Shown one piece after another: positions 47,463 to 57,304 of a stretch of DNA of 64,000 nt. The stretch comes from Solirubrobacterales bacterium (GTDB lineage Bacteria > Actinomycetota > Thermoleophilia > Solirubrobacterales > Solirubrobacteraceae). How positions within the stretch are numbered: the stretch's first letter is position 1; every line of letters starts with the position of its first letter. Made by a program: the position numbers and the translations under genes. The notes below the pieces were generated by a model. The model did no database searches and was not told the origin of the DNA. It worked only from the letters and a program-made list of their open reading frames with translations. The DNA lies in contig DAHUYL010000110.1 in assembly GCA_027315255.1 (NCBI GenBank), forward strand, positions 4,362-68,361. The letters are read 5' to 3'.

Positions 47463-49094
47463 CTACATCATCCCCGACATGTCGGGCATGCCACCGCCAC
47501 CGCCACCGCCCGACTCCCTCTCCGGCACCTCGGCGACGATCGCCTCGGTCGTGAGGATGTTCTTGGCGATCGACGCGGCGTTCTGCAGCGCCGAACGCGT
47601 CACCATCGCGGGGTCGATGATGCCCTCGGCGATCAGGTTCACGATCTCGCCGTTGGCGGCGTTCAGGCCGTGGTCCTTCTTCGCCTTGCGGACGTCGTTG
47701 ACGACGACCGAGCCCTCGAGCCCGGCGTTCTCGGCGATCTGACGCATCGGCTCCTCGAGCGCGCGGAACACGATCCGCGCACCGGTCTTCTCGTCGGCGT
47801 CCTCGATCGCGTCGATGTCGAGCGCCTTCTGGGCGACCAGCAGCGCGACACCGCCGCCCGGCACGATGCCCTCCTCGAGGGCCGCGCGGGTGGCCTGCAG
47901 CGCGTCCTCGACGCGGTGCTTCTTCTCCTTCATCTCGGTCTCGGTCGCAGCGCCGACCTTGACGACCGCGACGCCGCCCGACAGCTTCGCGAGGCGCTCC
48001 TGGAGCTTCTCACGGTCGAAGTCGGAGTCGGTGTTCTCGATCTCGTTCTTGATCTGGTTGATGCGGCCCTTGATCGCGCTCCCGTCACCGTTGCCGTCGA
48101 CGATCGTCGTCGTGTCCTTGGCGACGACCACGCGGCGGGCGCGGCCGAGCTGGCTCGTCTGGGTGTTCTCCAGCTTGAGGCCCATCTCCTCGGTGATCAC
48201 CTCGCCGCCGGTGAGGATCGCGATGTCCTCGAGCATCCGCTTGCGGCGATCGCCGAAGCCCGGCGCCTTGACCGCAACCCCCGTGAACGTGCCACGGAGC
48301 TTGTTGACCACGAGCGTCGCGAGCGACTCGCCCTCGACGTCCTCGGCGATGATCAGCAGCGGCTTGCCCGACTGGATCACCTGCTCGAGCACCGGCAGCA
48401 CGTCCCGGACCGAGCCGATCTTCTGGTTGGCGATCAGGATGTAGGGGTCCTCCAGGACTGCCTCCATCCGATCCTGGTCGGTGACCATGTAGGGCGAGAT
48501 GTAGCCCTTGTCGAACTGCATGCCCTCGGGGAACTCGAGGTCCATGCCGAACGTCTGGCCCTCCTCGACGTTGACGACGCCGTCCTTGCCGACCTTGTCG
48601 ATCGCGTCGGCGATCACGTCGCCGATCTCCTCGTCGCCGGCCGAGATCGTCGCCACCCGGGCGATCTGCTCCTTGCCCGAGATCTCCTTGGACTGCGACG
48701 CGATGTTGGCGACGACCTGCTCCACGGCCTTCTCGATGCCGCGCTTGAGCGCCAGCGGGTTGGCGCCGGCCGCCACGTTCTTCAGGCCCTGACGGACGAT
48801 CGCCTGCGCGAGCACGGTCGCCGTGGTGGTGCCGTCGCCGGCGACGTCGTTGGTCGCGGTCGCGACCTCGCGGACGAGCTGCGCGCCCTGATTCTGGAAG
48901 ACGTCCTCGACCTCGATCTCACGGGCGATCGTGACGCCGTCGTTGGTGATCGTCGGCGCGCCGAACTTCTTGTCGAGGACGACGTAGCGGCCCTTCGGGC
49001 CGAGCGTCACCTTGACCGCGTTCGCTACCGCGTCGACGCCCAGCTCGAGCGCCTTGCGGGCCTCCGCGTCGTACTTCAGTTCCTTGTGTGCCAT
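47463..49094 (-). CDS. groEL: Chaperonin GroEL
   Basis: [48 protein letters not shown]-type tail. Confidence 0.98.
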   Translation of the reverse strand: MAHKELKYDAEARKALELGVDAVANAVKVTLGPKGRYVVLDKKFGAPTITNDGVTIAREIEVEDVFQNQGAQLVREVATATNDVAGDGTTTATVLAQAIVRQGLKNVAAGANPLALKRGIEKAVEQVVANIASQSKEISGKEQIARVATISAGDEEIGDVIADAIDKVGKDGVVNVEEGQTFGMDLEFPEGMQFDKGYISPYMVTDQDRMEAVLEDPYILIANQKIGSVRDVLPVLEQVIQSGKPLLIIAEDVEGESLATLVVNKLRGTFTGVAVKAPGFGDRRKRMLEDIAILTGGEVITEEMGLKLENTQTSQLGRARRVVVAKDTTTIVDGNGDGSAIKGRINQIKNEIENTDSDFDREKLQERLAKLSGGVAVVKVGAATETEMKEKKHRVEDALQATRAALEEGIVPGGGVALLVAQKALDIDAIEDADEKTGARIVFRALEEPMRQIAENAGLEGSVVVNDVRKAKKDHGLNAANGEIVNLIAEGIIDPAMVTRSALQNAASIAKNILTTEAIVAEVPERESGGGGGGGMPDMSGMM

Positions 49095-49124
49095 GTGTGT
49101 TTCCTGGTTCTCCTGGGAGTTGAG

Positions 49125-49418
49125 CTACGACTGGACCTTGGCCAGCACGTCGGACTCGCGGAGGACGAGCAGCTCTTCGCCGTCGACCTTGATCTCCGTC
49201 CCGCCGTACTTGCTGTAGAGGACCTCGTCGCCTTCGGCCACGTCGAGCGGGGTGCGCTTGCCGGTGTCCTCGTTGACCTTGCCGTCGCCGACGGCGAGGA
49301 CCTTGCCCTTCTGGGGCTTCTCCTTCGCGGTATCGGGGAGGACGATGCCGCTGGCCGTCGTCTCCTCCTCCTCGATCGCCCGCACGATCAGTCGATCGCC
49401 AAGGGGCTTGAGCTTCAT
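49125..49418 (-). CDS. groES: Co-chaperonin GroES
   Basis: [34 protein letters not shown]. Confidence 0.98.
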   Translation of the reverse strand: MKLKPLGDRLIVRAIEEEETTASGIVLPDTAKEKPQKGKVLAVGDGKVNEDTGKRTPLDVAEGDEVLYSKYGGTEIKVDGEELLVLRESDVLAKVQS

Positions 49419-49454
49419 CGATGAAACCTCCGGGATGTTTTGATGTTCCGTCCC

Positions 49455-49481
49455 CTGGCACTCTTCAGCCGAGAGTGCCAA
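49455..49481. promoter_or_regulatory. CIRCE (HrcA operator) 1
   Basis: CTGGCACTC-N9-GAGTGCCAA. Confidence 0.92.
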
Positions 49482-49525
49482 CGGCGCAATGATAGCCGGA
49501 TCCGGCGGTCCACCGCAAGCTGATC

Positions 49526-49552
49526 CTGGCACTCTCATTTACCGAGTGCCAG
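49526..49552. promoter_or_regulatory. CIRCE (HrcA operator) 2
   Basis: CTGGCACTC-N9-GAGTGCCAG. Confidence 0.92.
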
Positions 49553-49683
49553 GCGGCTCCGCGCGCGGCTGCCAAGCCGATCCCAGGGGGCGAATCCGCG
49601 CAGGCGAGTTGCTGGACCTGCTGCCGGCGACGGACTGACCTCGAACGCGTGACGGCGACGGCGCCCGCGCGTAGTACGAGCGG

Positions 49684-50610
49684 ATGCCCGTGTGCAGCTG
49701 CAAGCCGGTGACCGCGCTGGTCCGGCCGGTGCTGGCGACGCTCCGCGCTGCCGTGGTCACGGCAGCGGCGGTCACGGCAGCCGTGGTCGCCGGGACCGCC
49801 GTGGCCGCACCCACCACGCGGACTGTGCTCCGCTGTTCGGCGAGCGACTCCGGCGCCGGCGCCGGCGCCGGCCCACCCCTCCGCACCCTTCGCGTCGGCG
49901 CTGGTGGCGTGCTGGTGCCGGCCGGGGCGACGACGCTGCTGGTGTGCCGCTACACAGGCATGGTCGAACCGCCGCCGGATCCCACGCCGGCCCCCGCGTT
50001 CGCGCTCGAGGCCCAGCGGCTAATCGTCGACGGCGCGACCGTCAGGAGCCTGGCGGCGCAGCTCGACGCGATCAAGCCGGCGCCATCGGGCGTCATGTTC
50101 TCGTGCCCGGCCGGCTTCGGGCGCGACCTGATCGCCGAGTTCGGCTACCCATCCGGCGCGACCGACTCGGTCACGATCGACACGGGCGGTTGCAACGAGC
50201 TGAGCAACGGCGCGGTGTCACGACTCGGCCGCGACGCCCACGTGATCGCGAGCCTCGAGGCGCTCGTGCCCGAGCCGCGGCCCGCGCGCGTGGTGGCGGA
50301 GCTGAAGCTTTGCGGCGGCCCCGCCCCGGGACGCTGCCGGGTGTCGGCGCTGCGCAGCTGCGGTCCGGCCGCCGGCAGCTGCGTATCGGCCGACGAGGTC
50401 GAGATCACGACTGCCCGCGGTGGCCGTGCCGCGGCGACGGTGCGCCTCCATCGCGGACGGGCCGCGCCGGTCGAGCTCCTGCCGGGAAGCTACGGGTTCG
50501 CGCTGCTCGAGGACGGCGCCCACGCCCGCCGGCGCGTGCTGCAGACACGCCACGCAACCGTCGCGCCCGGGCGGCTGACGACGGTGACGTTCGTGATCCC
50601 GGTCCCCTGA
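49684..50610 (+). CDS. Hypothetical secreted protein with Cys pairs
   Basis: Hydrophobic signal-like segment; LVCRY, SCPAGFG, GGCNELSNG, LCGGP...C; start uncertain. Confidence 0.55.
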   Translation: MPVCSCKPVTALVRPVLATLRAAVVTAAAVTAAVVAGTAVAAPTTRTVLRCSASDSGAGAGAGPPLRTLRVGAGGVLVPAGATTLLVCRYTGMVEPPPDPTPAPAFALEAQRLIVDGATVRSLAAQLDAIKPAPSGVMFSCPAGFGRDLIAEFGYPSGATDSVTIDTGGCNELSNGAVSRLGRDAHVIASLEALVPEPRPARVVAELKLCGGPAPGRCRVSALRSCGPAAGSCVSADEVEITTARGGRAAATVRLHRGRAAPVELLPGSYGFALLEDGAHARRRVLQTRHATVAPGRLTTVTFVIPVP

Positions 50611-50683
50611 GCGCGCTTCGCCGAGCGGATCGGGCGCACGCTGGCGAGGTTGAGGCCCCACCGGGGCCCTAACCTCGCCAGCC

Positions 50684-51082
50684 TCAGTTCTGGGCGCCGG
50701 CGAGCCCGTGCAGGCGGTCGCGGAGCTCGGGCGGGTTCTCGATGATCTGCGAGAAGCGCACGACCGTGACGATGTCGTCCATCGCGACCTTCCGCCCGTA
50801 GATCTGCTCGAGGAAGTGGACCATCTCGTCGACGCGCCGGAACTCGGGGTTGTCGTGCTCGATGTCGCGGGGCGAGAGATCCTGCACGCGCTTGACCTCG
50901 ACCTGGTCGATCACGGCCTGGAAGATCTTCTCCCGCGGCGAGTGCTGGTAGCCGATCGTCACGAGCACGCAGTCGTTCTTCCGGTACTTGTGGGACTTGT
51001 CGCCGAGACGGATCGTCGCCGTCTTGCGGCCGCGCCGGAGCTGGTCGGCAAACACCGAGGAATAGAAGTTCAGGACACGCAC
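50684..51082 (-). CDS. ASCH-domain protein (YqfB-like)
   Basis: FADQLRRGRKTATIRLGDKSHKYRKND resembles the E. coli YqfB GRKTITIRD region. Confidence 0.8.
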   Translation of the reverse strand: MRVLNFYSSVFADQLRRGRKTATIRLGDKSHKYRKNDCVLVTIGYQHSPREKIFQAVIDQVEVKRVQDLSPRDIEHDNPEFRRVDEMVHFLEQIYGRKVAMDDIVTVVRFSQIIENPPELRDRLHGLAGAQN

Positions 51083-51091
51083 CGGCTCAGC

Positions 51092-51526
51092 CTACACATC
51101 CCGAGCCAAACGCGACAACGCACGTTCGACGATCTCGCGCTCGGCCGGGTAGGTGAGCGCGTGGAGCGCCTCTTCCAGCGGCATCCAGCGGGCCTCCTCG
51201 ATCTCGTGGTCGTGGTTCGCTGGGTTCCCGGCGCCGTATTCGAACAGGAAGAACTCGACTCGCTTGTCGATCCGGCGGCCCCGACGCTCATATGTGTAGT
51301 CGATCGCCCCGAGCGGCGCGACCAGCTCGCCGGTCACCCCCGCCTCCTCGCGCACCTCGCGAACGGCGGCCTCGAGCGCCGTCTCGCCGCCGTCGAGGTG
51401 ACCCTTCGGCAGGCCGAGCACCCGTTCGCCGGCGGCCGACCGCTTGACCGGCACGACCACGACGAGCCGGCCGTCGCGGACGACGACGCCCCCGGCTGAG
51501 AGCTCCTGTGGCGCGGCGGCGCTAAT
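51092..51526 (-). CDS. NUDIX hydrolase (start uncertain; first canonical start is GTG 51460)
   Basis: ELSAGGVV strand, Nudix box PKGHLDGGETALEAAVREVREEAG, WMPLEEA. Confidence 0.85.
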   Translation of the reverse strand: MSAAAPQELSAGGVVVRDGRLVVVVPVKRSAAGERVLGLPKGHLDGGETALEAAVREVREEAGVTGELVAPLGAIDYTYERRGRRIDKRVEFFLFEYGAGNPANHDHEIEEARWMPLEEALHALTYPAEREIVERALSRLARDV

Positions 51527-52232
51527 AGACGTAGCGCTCCAGCGCCGCAGGGTCGTGCACGACGAGCCGCCCGCGCCCCTGCGTGATGATCCCGGCGCGC
51601 TCGAGCACCGCCAGAAAGCGGCTCGCGGACTCGCGCGAGGTGCCGGCCAGCTGCGCGACGTGCGCCTGCGTCGAAGCGATCACGACCCCGCCCGCCGGGC
51701 TCGCGCCGAGCTCGCCCTCGGTCAGGTCGACGAGCACGCCCGCGACCCGGCTCTGCACCGTCTGGAACGATTGCCGCGCCAGGCGCTCGGTCGTCTCGCG
51801 CAGCCGGGAGGCGAGCGCGCCGAGCATCGCCGCGGCGATCGCAGGGCGCTCGCGCAACAGCCGGCGCACGTCATGCCCGACGATCGCGGTCGCCTCGGTC
51901 GGATCGACCGCCTCGATCGTCGCCGAGCGGCGCTCACCGTCGAGTACCGCGAGCTCCCCGAAGATGTCACCCGGCCCGAAGGTCGCGAGCGTGATCGCGC
52001 GGCCGTGGGGATGCTCGCGGACGGCTCGCGCGCGACCGGTGCGGACGATGAACAAGGTGTCGCTCTCGTCCCCTTCCCGGAACACGACCTCGCGCGCCTC
52101 GTAGCTCCGCGGGACGGCGACATCCGCGATGTGGACGATGTCGTCCTCGGTCAGCTGCTCGAACAGCGGCACCTGGCGCAGCAGCGCGAGCGTGTCTTCG
52201 ACGGTCGCGGGCACTCGATGTTCATAGCACAT
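51522..52232 (-). CDS. Crp/Fnr-family regulator
   Basis: VFREGD, FGELAVLDGERRSAT, HTH TQAHVAQLAGTSRESASR. Confidence 0.92.
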   Translation of the reverse strand: MCYEHRVPATVEDTLALLRQVPLFEQLTEDDIVHIADVAVPRSYEAREVVFREGDESDTLFIVRTGRARAVREHPHGRAITLATFGPGDIFGELAVLDGERRSATIEAVDPTEATAIVGHDVRRLLRERPAIAAAMLGALASRLRETTERLARQSFQTVQSRVAGVLVDLTEGELGASPAGGVVIASTQAHVAQLAGTSRESASRFLAVLERAGIITQGRGRLVVHDPAALERYVY

Positions 52233-52263
52233 GGGCTCCCGCTGCTCGGCGGGGTTACACGGA

Positions 52264-53580
52264 TCAGGCCGCGTCGAGCGCGTGCTCGCGCCGCCGGCGG
52301 CGGATCGCGTAGGCGAACCATCCGATCAGTGCGAGGAGCAGCGCGACCGGTGCCAGCGCGGCGAGTCCGATCAGCACGCCTCCGGCCGCGACCGTCAGCA
52401 CCCGCAGCGCGTCGTGGGCGGCCCGGCCGAGCGTGAAGCCACCGGAGCCGGTGCTCGAGCCGGTCGCCGGCGGCGCCTCGTAGACGGGGCCGCCGTTGAT
52501 CTGCACCGACAGCGAGCTGAAGCCGATCTGGTGCTCGAGGCCGTGGAGCGTCGCCTCGTCGCTCGAGATCGACGCCTCGGCATCGTGGATCCGCGCGTAC
52601 AGGCTCTGGATCTCCGCCTCGGTGTAGGCGGTGGCAAGCTGCTTGAGCAGCGCCGTACGCAGGGCCCTCGCATCCTGGAGCGCGCGCACGTCCGCGTTGT
52701 AGCGGTTGTTGACGTCCTGGGTGGCGTCGGTGCGCGAGGCGACGGTCGCGTAGCGGAGGTTCGACAGCAGCGTCATCGCCTGCTGGAGGTTGCCGCTCGG
52801 GATGCTGAGCGCGAACGTCGCGTAGCCGCCGTTGGCGCTCGCGGAGGTGACCGAGGACGACTGGACGATCCCGTTCACCTGGCCGACGACGGTGAACACC
52901 TCCTCGGCGACCGTCGCCACGCGGTCGTTCGCCGCCGCGAGCTGGAGCTGCGCCGACTGGATCACCTTGCGCCCGTTGGGGACGGGGGCTGGTGCGGTGG
53001 GCGCGGCGACGCCGAGGTCGAGCGCCGGTGGGGCCGACCCTGACGACGCCCCGGCCCCGGCCCCAGCTCCAGCCTCAGCCCCAGGCCCGGCCGCGGGCCC
53101 GGCGGCGGAGCGGGCGCCCGAGCTACCGGCCGCCGACGTGGGGCCTGCCGTGACACCCGTTGCGGGCGCGTGCGCGGCCGGCGTGCTGGCAAGGCTCCTG
53201 GCGGTCGTGCCGTTCGCCGCGAGCGGGCGGTTGATCGTGGTACCGGCCGGACCGGCGGGCCCGCTCGACAGCACGGCGACGGCAGCCACTGCCGCCGCGG
53301 CGGCGGCGAGGCTGCCGCCCATCGCCGAGCCGAACACGATGCGCCGGCGCCGCGCGGGCCGCGGGCGACGCGCAGCGGGGGCGAGGGCGCTCGCGAGACG
53401 GGCGTCGAGCCGGCGGGCCACCTCGTCGGGGACCGGCGGGCGGTCGGCGGCGAGCATGATCGTCAGCTCCGCCAGCTCGCTGTGGACCGGATCGACGATC
53501 CGGCCGGCCAGCGTGGCGTCGATCGCCTCGAGCTCGGCGAGCACCTCGGGATCGAGCGGGAGCTCGTCAGAATGGCGCAT
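52264..53580 (-). CDS. DUF4349-domain membrane protein, putative anti-sigma factor
   Basis: Cytoplasmic N-terminus, TM helix, Ala/Pro linker, RKVIQSAQL...DATQDV...IGFSSLSVQI, C-terminal TM helix. Overlaps the sigma stop. Confidence 0.75.
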   Translation of the reverse strand: MRHSDELPLDPEVLAELEAIDATLAGRIVDPVHSELAELTIMLAADRPPVPDEVARRLDARLASALAPAARRPRPARRRRIVFGSAMGGSLAAAAAAVAAVAVLSSGPAGPAGTTINRPLAANGTTARSLASTPAAHAPATGVTAGPTSAAGSSGARSAAGPAAGPGAEAGAGAGAGASSGSAPPALDLGVAAPTAPAPVPNGRKVIQSAQLQLAAANDRVATVAEEVFTVVGQVNGIVQSSSVTSASANGGYATFALSIPSGNLQQAMTLLSNLRYATVASRTDATQDVNNRYNADVRALQDARALRTALLKQLATAYTEAEIQSLYARIHDAEASISSDEATLHGLEHQIGFSSLSVQINGGPVYEAPPATGSSTGSGGFTLGRAAHDALRVLTVAAGGVLIGLAALAPVALLLALIGWFAYAIRRRRREHALDAA

Positions 53581-54100
53581 TGACTGCCTTCCTCAGCTTC
53601 TGGACGGTGCGGTGCAGGATCGTGCCCGCGTTCGACTCGCTGACGCCGAGCGCCTTCGCGAGCTCGGCATTGCTCAACCCCGCATGGAACTTGAGTGCGA
53701 GCAGCTCGCGGTCGCGGGCGGACAGCGTCTGCAGGGCGGCGCGGACCGCCGTGCGCCGCAGGATGATGTCGTCCTCCTCGACCGGCTCTTCGACCGCGGC
53801 CGCTTCGGGCTCGACGACCAGCGCGGCCACGCGACGGCGGCGGCGCAGCTCGTCGAGAGCGGCGTTGCGGGCGATCCCGAACAGCCAGGCGCGCTCCTCG
53901 CCGCGGTGGCGGTCGAACGTCCGGCGGCGGCGGAACGCCCGCTCGAACGCGAGCGCGGTCACGTCCTCGGCGGCCGCTGCGTCGCGCAGCAGCGTCATCA
54001 CGTACGCGTAGACATCGTCGCGGCTCGCGCGATACAGCGCTTCGAAGCGTCCCCAAGCGGTTCCCTGGTCGCCTGCCGCCACTGGCGCGATCGGTGCCAT
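53567..54100 (-). CDS. ECF RNA polymerase sigma factor
   Basis: AEDVTALAF, WLFGIARNAALD, LSARDRELLAL...LSNAELAKALGVSE. Confidence 0.9.
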   Translation of the reverse strand: MAPIAPVAAGDQGTAWGRFEALYRASRDDVYAYVMTLLRDAAAAEDVTALAFERAFRRRRTFDRHRGEERAWLFGIARNAALDELRRRRRVAALVVEPEAAAVEEPVEEDDIILRRTAVRAALQTLSARDRELLALKFHAGLSNAELAKALGVSESNAGTILHRTVQKLRKAVNAPF

Positions 54101-54154
54101 GCCCTCACTACGCTGCCTACGGCGATCCATCACAACCCGGTTATCGTCCCGCGT

Positions 54155-54688
54155 ATGAAGGCGCTCGTCACGGCCGCGATTGCGGCTGCCGCGACTGTGG
54201 CGACGCCGGTCGCGATCGAAGCGCAGGCCGCCGCGTCCCCCGGCAATCCGACGCCGGCTCAGATCCGGCGTGCGGTCGCGTCCGCGGAGCGCTCGCCGAA
54301 CCTGTGGGCGACGGTCAACATCTGCGGCACCAGCCGCGAGCGCGGGCTGATCGGGATCCGCGGCCAGATGCCGGCGCTCGGGTTCGCAGCGCAGCTGGCG
54401 CTGGCGATCCGCTTCTCGTACTACTCGGCGAGCACGCACCGGTTCGAGCCGGTACCGCACCTGAGCAAGCAGGTCCCGCTCGGGGCGACGACCAGCGGGA
54501 CGATCCAGGGCGGCGCCGCGTTCGGCTTCAGTCCGCCCGTGCGGCTCGAGGCGACGGTCGCGTTCACGTGGTCGCGCGCCGGCAGGGTGCTCGGAACCGT
54601 CACGCGGCAGACGACGGGCGGACACCACGACGTGAAGGACTCGTCGCCGCCCGGGTACAGCGCCGCAACCTGCGCGCTGCGCCTCTGA
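54155..54688 (+). CDS. Hypothetical secreted protein
   Basis: MKALVTAAIAAAATVATPVAIEAQA signal; LWATVNICG; terminal Cys (SAATC). Confidence 0.7.
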   Translation: MKALVTAAIAAAATVATPVAIEAQAAASPGNPTPAQIRRAVASAERSPNLWATVNICGTSRERGLIGIRGQMPALGFAAQLALAIRFSYYSASTHRFEPVPHLSKQVPLGATTSGTIQGGAAFGFSPPVRLEATVAFTWSRAGRVLGTVTRQTTGGHHDVKDSSPPGYSAATCALRL

Positions 54689-54769
54689 CCGCCGGCCGCG
54701 CCGCGACTGTGTGCGGAATCCGTACGGGTTTCGGCAGGGCCGGGGCGGATCGGCGATCCTGACGGCGCG

Positions 54770-55825
54770 ATGGCGCCAGCGAGGACCACAGCGTCACACA
54801 CCCCGCTCCCGCGAGCTCTCGGTGTGCCGAAACGGCGGATATATCGCCCCTTCGGCACAGTCCGGGTCAGAATCGTGGGGGGTCGTGAACTTGTGGTCGT
54901 TGCGGACGGCCCCGATGCGCGGATCGCAGCCGTACTGGGCGCGCAGAACCAGCGCATCAGCCGCGCCCAGCTGGAGGCGGTGGGGTCGACCGCGGCGATG
55001 ATCAAGACGCGAGTCGCCCGGGGTCAGCTGTGCCGCATATTCCGCGGCGTGTACGGAGCCGGCCCCCCGCGCGCGGTCGAGCTCGGCGACGAGACGGCGG
55101 CGCTGCTGGCCGCCGGCGAGCACGGTGCGCTCGGACTCGAGTCGGCGGCCTTCCTGTGGGAGATCCGGCCGGCGGCGCCCGCGCACGTCGACGTCGTCGT
55201 GCCCGTACCGGTGCAACCGAGGAGCAGGCCGGGGGTCCGCGTCCACCGCAGCGCGTCGATCACCCGCGCCGATGTGGTGCTGCACCGCGGCCTGCCGGTC
55301 ACGAGCCCGGCCTGGACGCTGCGCGACCTCGCCGACAGCCTCGACGGCCGGCCGCTCGAACGCGCCCTCGACGAGGCGCTGCACCGCAACCTCGTCAACC
55401 CGACGAAGATCCGGGAGGTCGTCGCCCGCACTCCTGGCCGCCGCGGCGGGAACGCGCTGCTGGAGCTGCTCGAGCCGGGCCGGGGCCACGGGATCACCCG
55501 CAGTCAGGCCGAGGAGCGGATGCTCGGCATCCTGCGCGACGCCGGGGTTGCCGACGCCGAGCGCAACGCGAGGATCGGGCGCTACGAGGTCGACTTCCTG
55601 TGGCGCAAGGCCCGCGTGGTGGTCGAGGTGGACAGCTACACCTGGCACTCGGGTCCGGCGGCGTTCAAACGGGACCGCGAGAAGGACATGTACCTCCGCG
55701 AGCACGGGCTCGAGGTGATCCGGGTCACGTGGGAGATGATGGATCGGCCGCTCCTGCTCGTTGCCCGGATCGTGGAGGCGATCGCGCTCAGGCAAGCGCG
55801 GCGAACAGGCGCGGGTCGTTGGTGA
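54770..55825 (+). CDS. AbiEi-like N-terminal domain plus DUF559/Vsr-like endonuclease (likely start GTG 54893)
   Basis: QNQRISRAQL...RIFRGVY; TSPAWTLRDLA; YEVDFLW...VEVDSYTWH...DREKD..L...G.EVIRVTW. Confidence 0.8.
   Translation: MAPARTTASHTPLPRALGVPKRRIYRPFGTVRVRIVGGRELVVVADGPDARIAAVLGAQNQRISRAQLEAVGSTAAMIKTRVARGQLCRIFRGVYGAGPPRAVELGDETAALLAAGEHGALGLESAAFLWEIRPAAPAHVDVVVPVPVQPRSRPGVRVHRSASITRADVVLHRGLPVTSPAWTLRDLADSLDGRPLERALDEALHRNLVNPTKIREVVARTPGRRGGNALLELLEPGRGHGITRSQAEERMLGILRDAGVADAERNARIGRYEVDFLWRKARVVVEVDSYTWHSGPAAFKRDREKDMYLREHGLEVIRVTWEMMDRPLLLVARIVEAIALRQARRTGAGRW
54784..54898. repeat. About 115-bp imperfect palindrome, copy B
   Basis: Termini GACCACA...TGTGGTC; inner perfect stem TGTGCCGAA/TTCGGCACA; centre GATATATC (54838-54845). 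Confidence 0.75.
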
Positions 55826-56561
55826 TCACGCCGGTGACGCCGAGCGCGTGCAGGGACCGCATCAGCGGCAGCTCGTCGACGGTCCAGACGTACAGCTCGC
55901 CGCCGGCGCCCGCGACCGCGCGCACGAGCCGCGGCGTTACGAGCCGCCAGTGCGCCATCACCGCGTCGCAGTGGCCACGGCGGATCGCCGCCGCCGCCCG
56001 CACCGGCAGCACCGCACGAGCGCCGGCGAGCAGGGTCGCCGCGAATGACCACAGCACGCGATGGCGGAACGGGTCGCGGCGCAGCTTCGGCACCGACCAG
56101 CCGAGCCGCACCGCCGGCTCGGTGCGGCGGATCAGCGCGAGGCTGGAGCGGTACTGGCTCGAGATCAGCGCGCGCGACAGCAGCCCCCGCTCGCGCAGCG
56201 CCGCGAGCACGCCGAGCTCGTAGCCCGGTAACTTGAGATCGACGTCGAGTTCGATATCGGCGAACGCCTTGCCGGCGAGATGGTCGAGGCCGGCGGCCAG
56301 CGTCTGCGCCGGCCGCGCGCGGGCGTCGTGCCAGTCGTGCGCGAGCAGCAGCTCGGACTCGCGGAAGCGGCCGGCGCGACCCGCCGACTCCGCCGCGCGA
56401 ACGGACATGTCCACATCGGGCGGCGCGGGGACGACGTCGAACTCGATCATGTCGACTCCGGTCGCGACTGCCGCGTCGAAGCTCTCGAGCGTGTTGCCCG
56501 GGACGATCTGGTCGGCGCCCTTGTGGCCGACCCGCCGGATCACCGCTGGCATCGCGGGCAC
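55788..56561 (-). CDS. Glycerophosphodiester phosphodiesterase family protein
   Basis: GHKG, GNTLESF, MIEFDV, HD, DVDLK, VWTVD, GVITNDP. Confidence 0.88.
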   Translation of the reverse strand: MPAMPAVIRRVGHKGADQIVPGNTLESFDAAVATGVDMIEFDVVPAPPDVDMSVRAAESAGRAGRFRESELLLAHDWHDARARPAQTLAAGLDHLAGKAFADIELDVDLKLPGYELGVLAALRERGLLSRALISSQYRSSLALIRRTEPAVRLGWSVPKLRRDPFRHRVLWSFAATLLAGARAVLPVRAAAAIRRGHCDAVMAHWRLVTPRLVRAVAGAGGELYVWTVDELPLMRSLHALGVTGVITNDPRLFAALA

Positions 56562-57304
56562 CAGTAGGTGATGCGGTTCTCATCGCCCAGCCCGTGCGCG
56601 AGCACGGCCGCGCCGCACCGAGGGCAGGCCCGGCCGGCCTTCGCGTAGACGTTCAGCCGGACCGATCGCGGGCCCTTGGTGCCGGAGCGCAGCATCCGCG
56701 GACGCACGGCCTCGACCGCGCGCGTCGCCTCGGCGTTCGACACGTCACCGAGGCGGCGGAACGGGTCGACGCCGGCCTCCCAGCAGGCTTCCGATTTCCA
56801 GATGTTGCCGATCCCGGCCAGATTGCGCTGGTCGGCGAGCGCCTCGCCGAAGCTCCGCGTCTGATCGTCGGCGCGCAGCCGTGCCAGGAACCGGTCGGCG
56901 TCGAGCTCGTCGGCGAGGATGTCGGGCCCGAGCTCCGCGAGCCGCTGGTCGAAGCGCCGCCGGCCGTCGGTCAGGAGCTCGAGCCGCGGGCCGCGCAGCT
57001 CGGCGACCCAGCGCTCGCCGCGGTGCAGCAAGAGCCATGCCCCCGGCCAGCTGCGCCGCTCGCCGGCGACGCTCCACGAGCCGACCATCCCGAGGTGGGA
57101 GTGGAGCACGAGCCCGCCCTCGAAGCCGATGAACAGGTGCTTGCCGTGCGTGTCGATCCTGCGCACGGCGCGGCCGCGCAGCCGCTCGGGCCAGCGATCG
57201 TGGCGGTGTCGCAGCTGCGGCGTGACGATCTCGTCCGGCACGTGCCCCTCGAGCACCGGGCGCATCCGCGTCGCGGCCCACATGATCGTGTCGCCCTCAG
57301 GCAC
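56540..57304 (-). CDS. nei: Fpg/Nei-family DNA glycosylase
   Basis: MPEGDT, HGKHL, H2[17 protein letters not shown], zinc finger CPRCG...WCPRCQ. Confidence 0.92.
   Translation of the reverse strand: MPEGDTIMWAATRMRPVLEGHVPDEIVTPQLRHRHDRWPERLRGRAVRRIDTHGKHLFIGFEGGLVLHSHLGMVGSWSVAGERRSWPGAWLLLHRGERWVAELRGPRLELLTDGRRRFDQRLAELGPDILADELDADRFLARLRADDQTRSFGEALADQRNLAGIGNIWKSEACWEAGVDPFRRLGDVSNAEATRAVEAVRPRMLRSGTKGPRSVRLNVYAKAGRACPRCGAAVLAHGLGDENRITYWCPRCQR

Noticed and set aside
54770-55825. Type IV toxin-antitoxin pair
   Set aside because: No AbiEii-type nucleotidyltransferase toxin adjacent.
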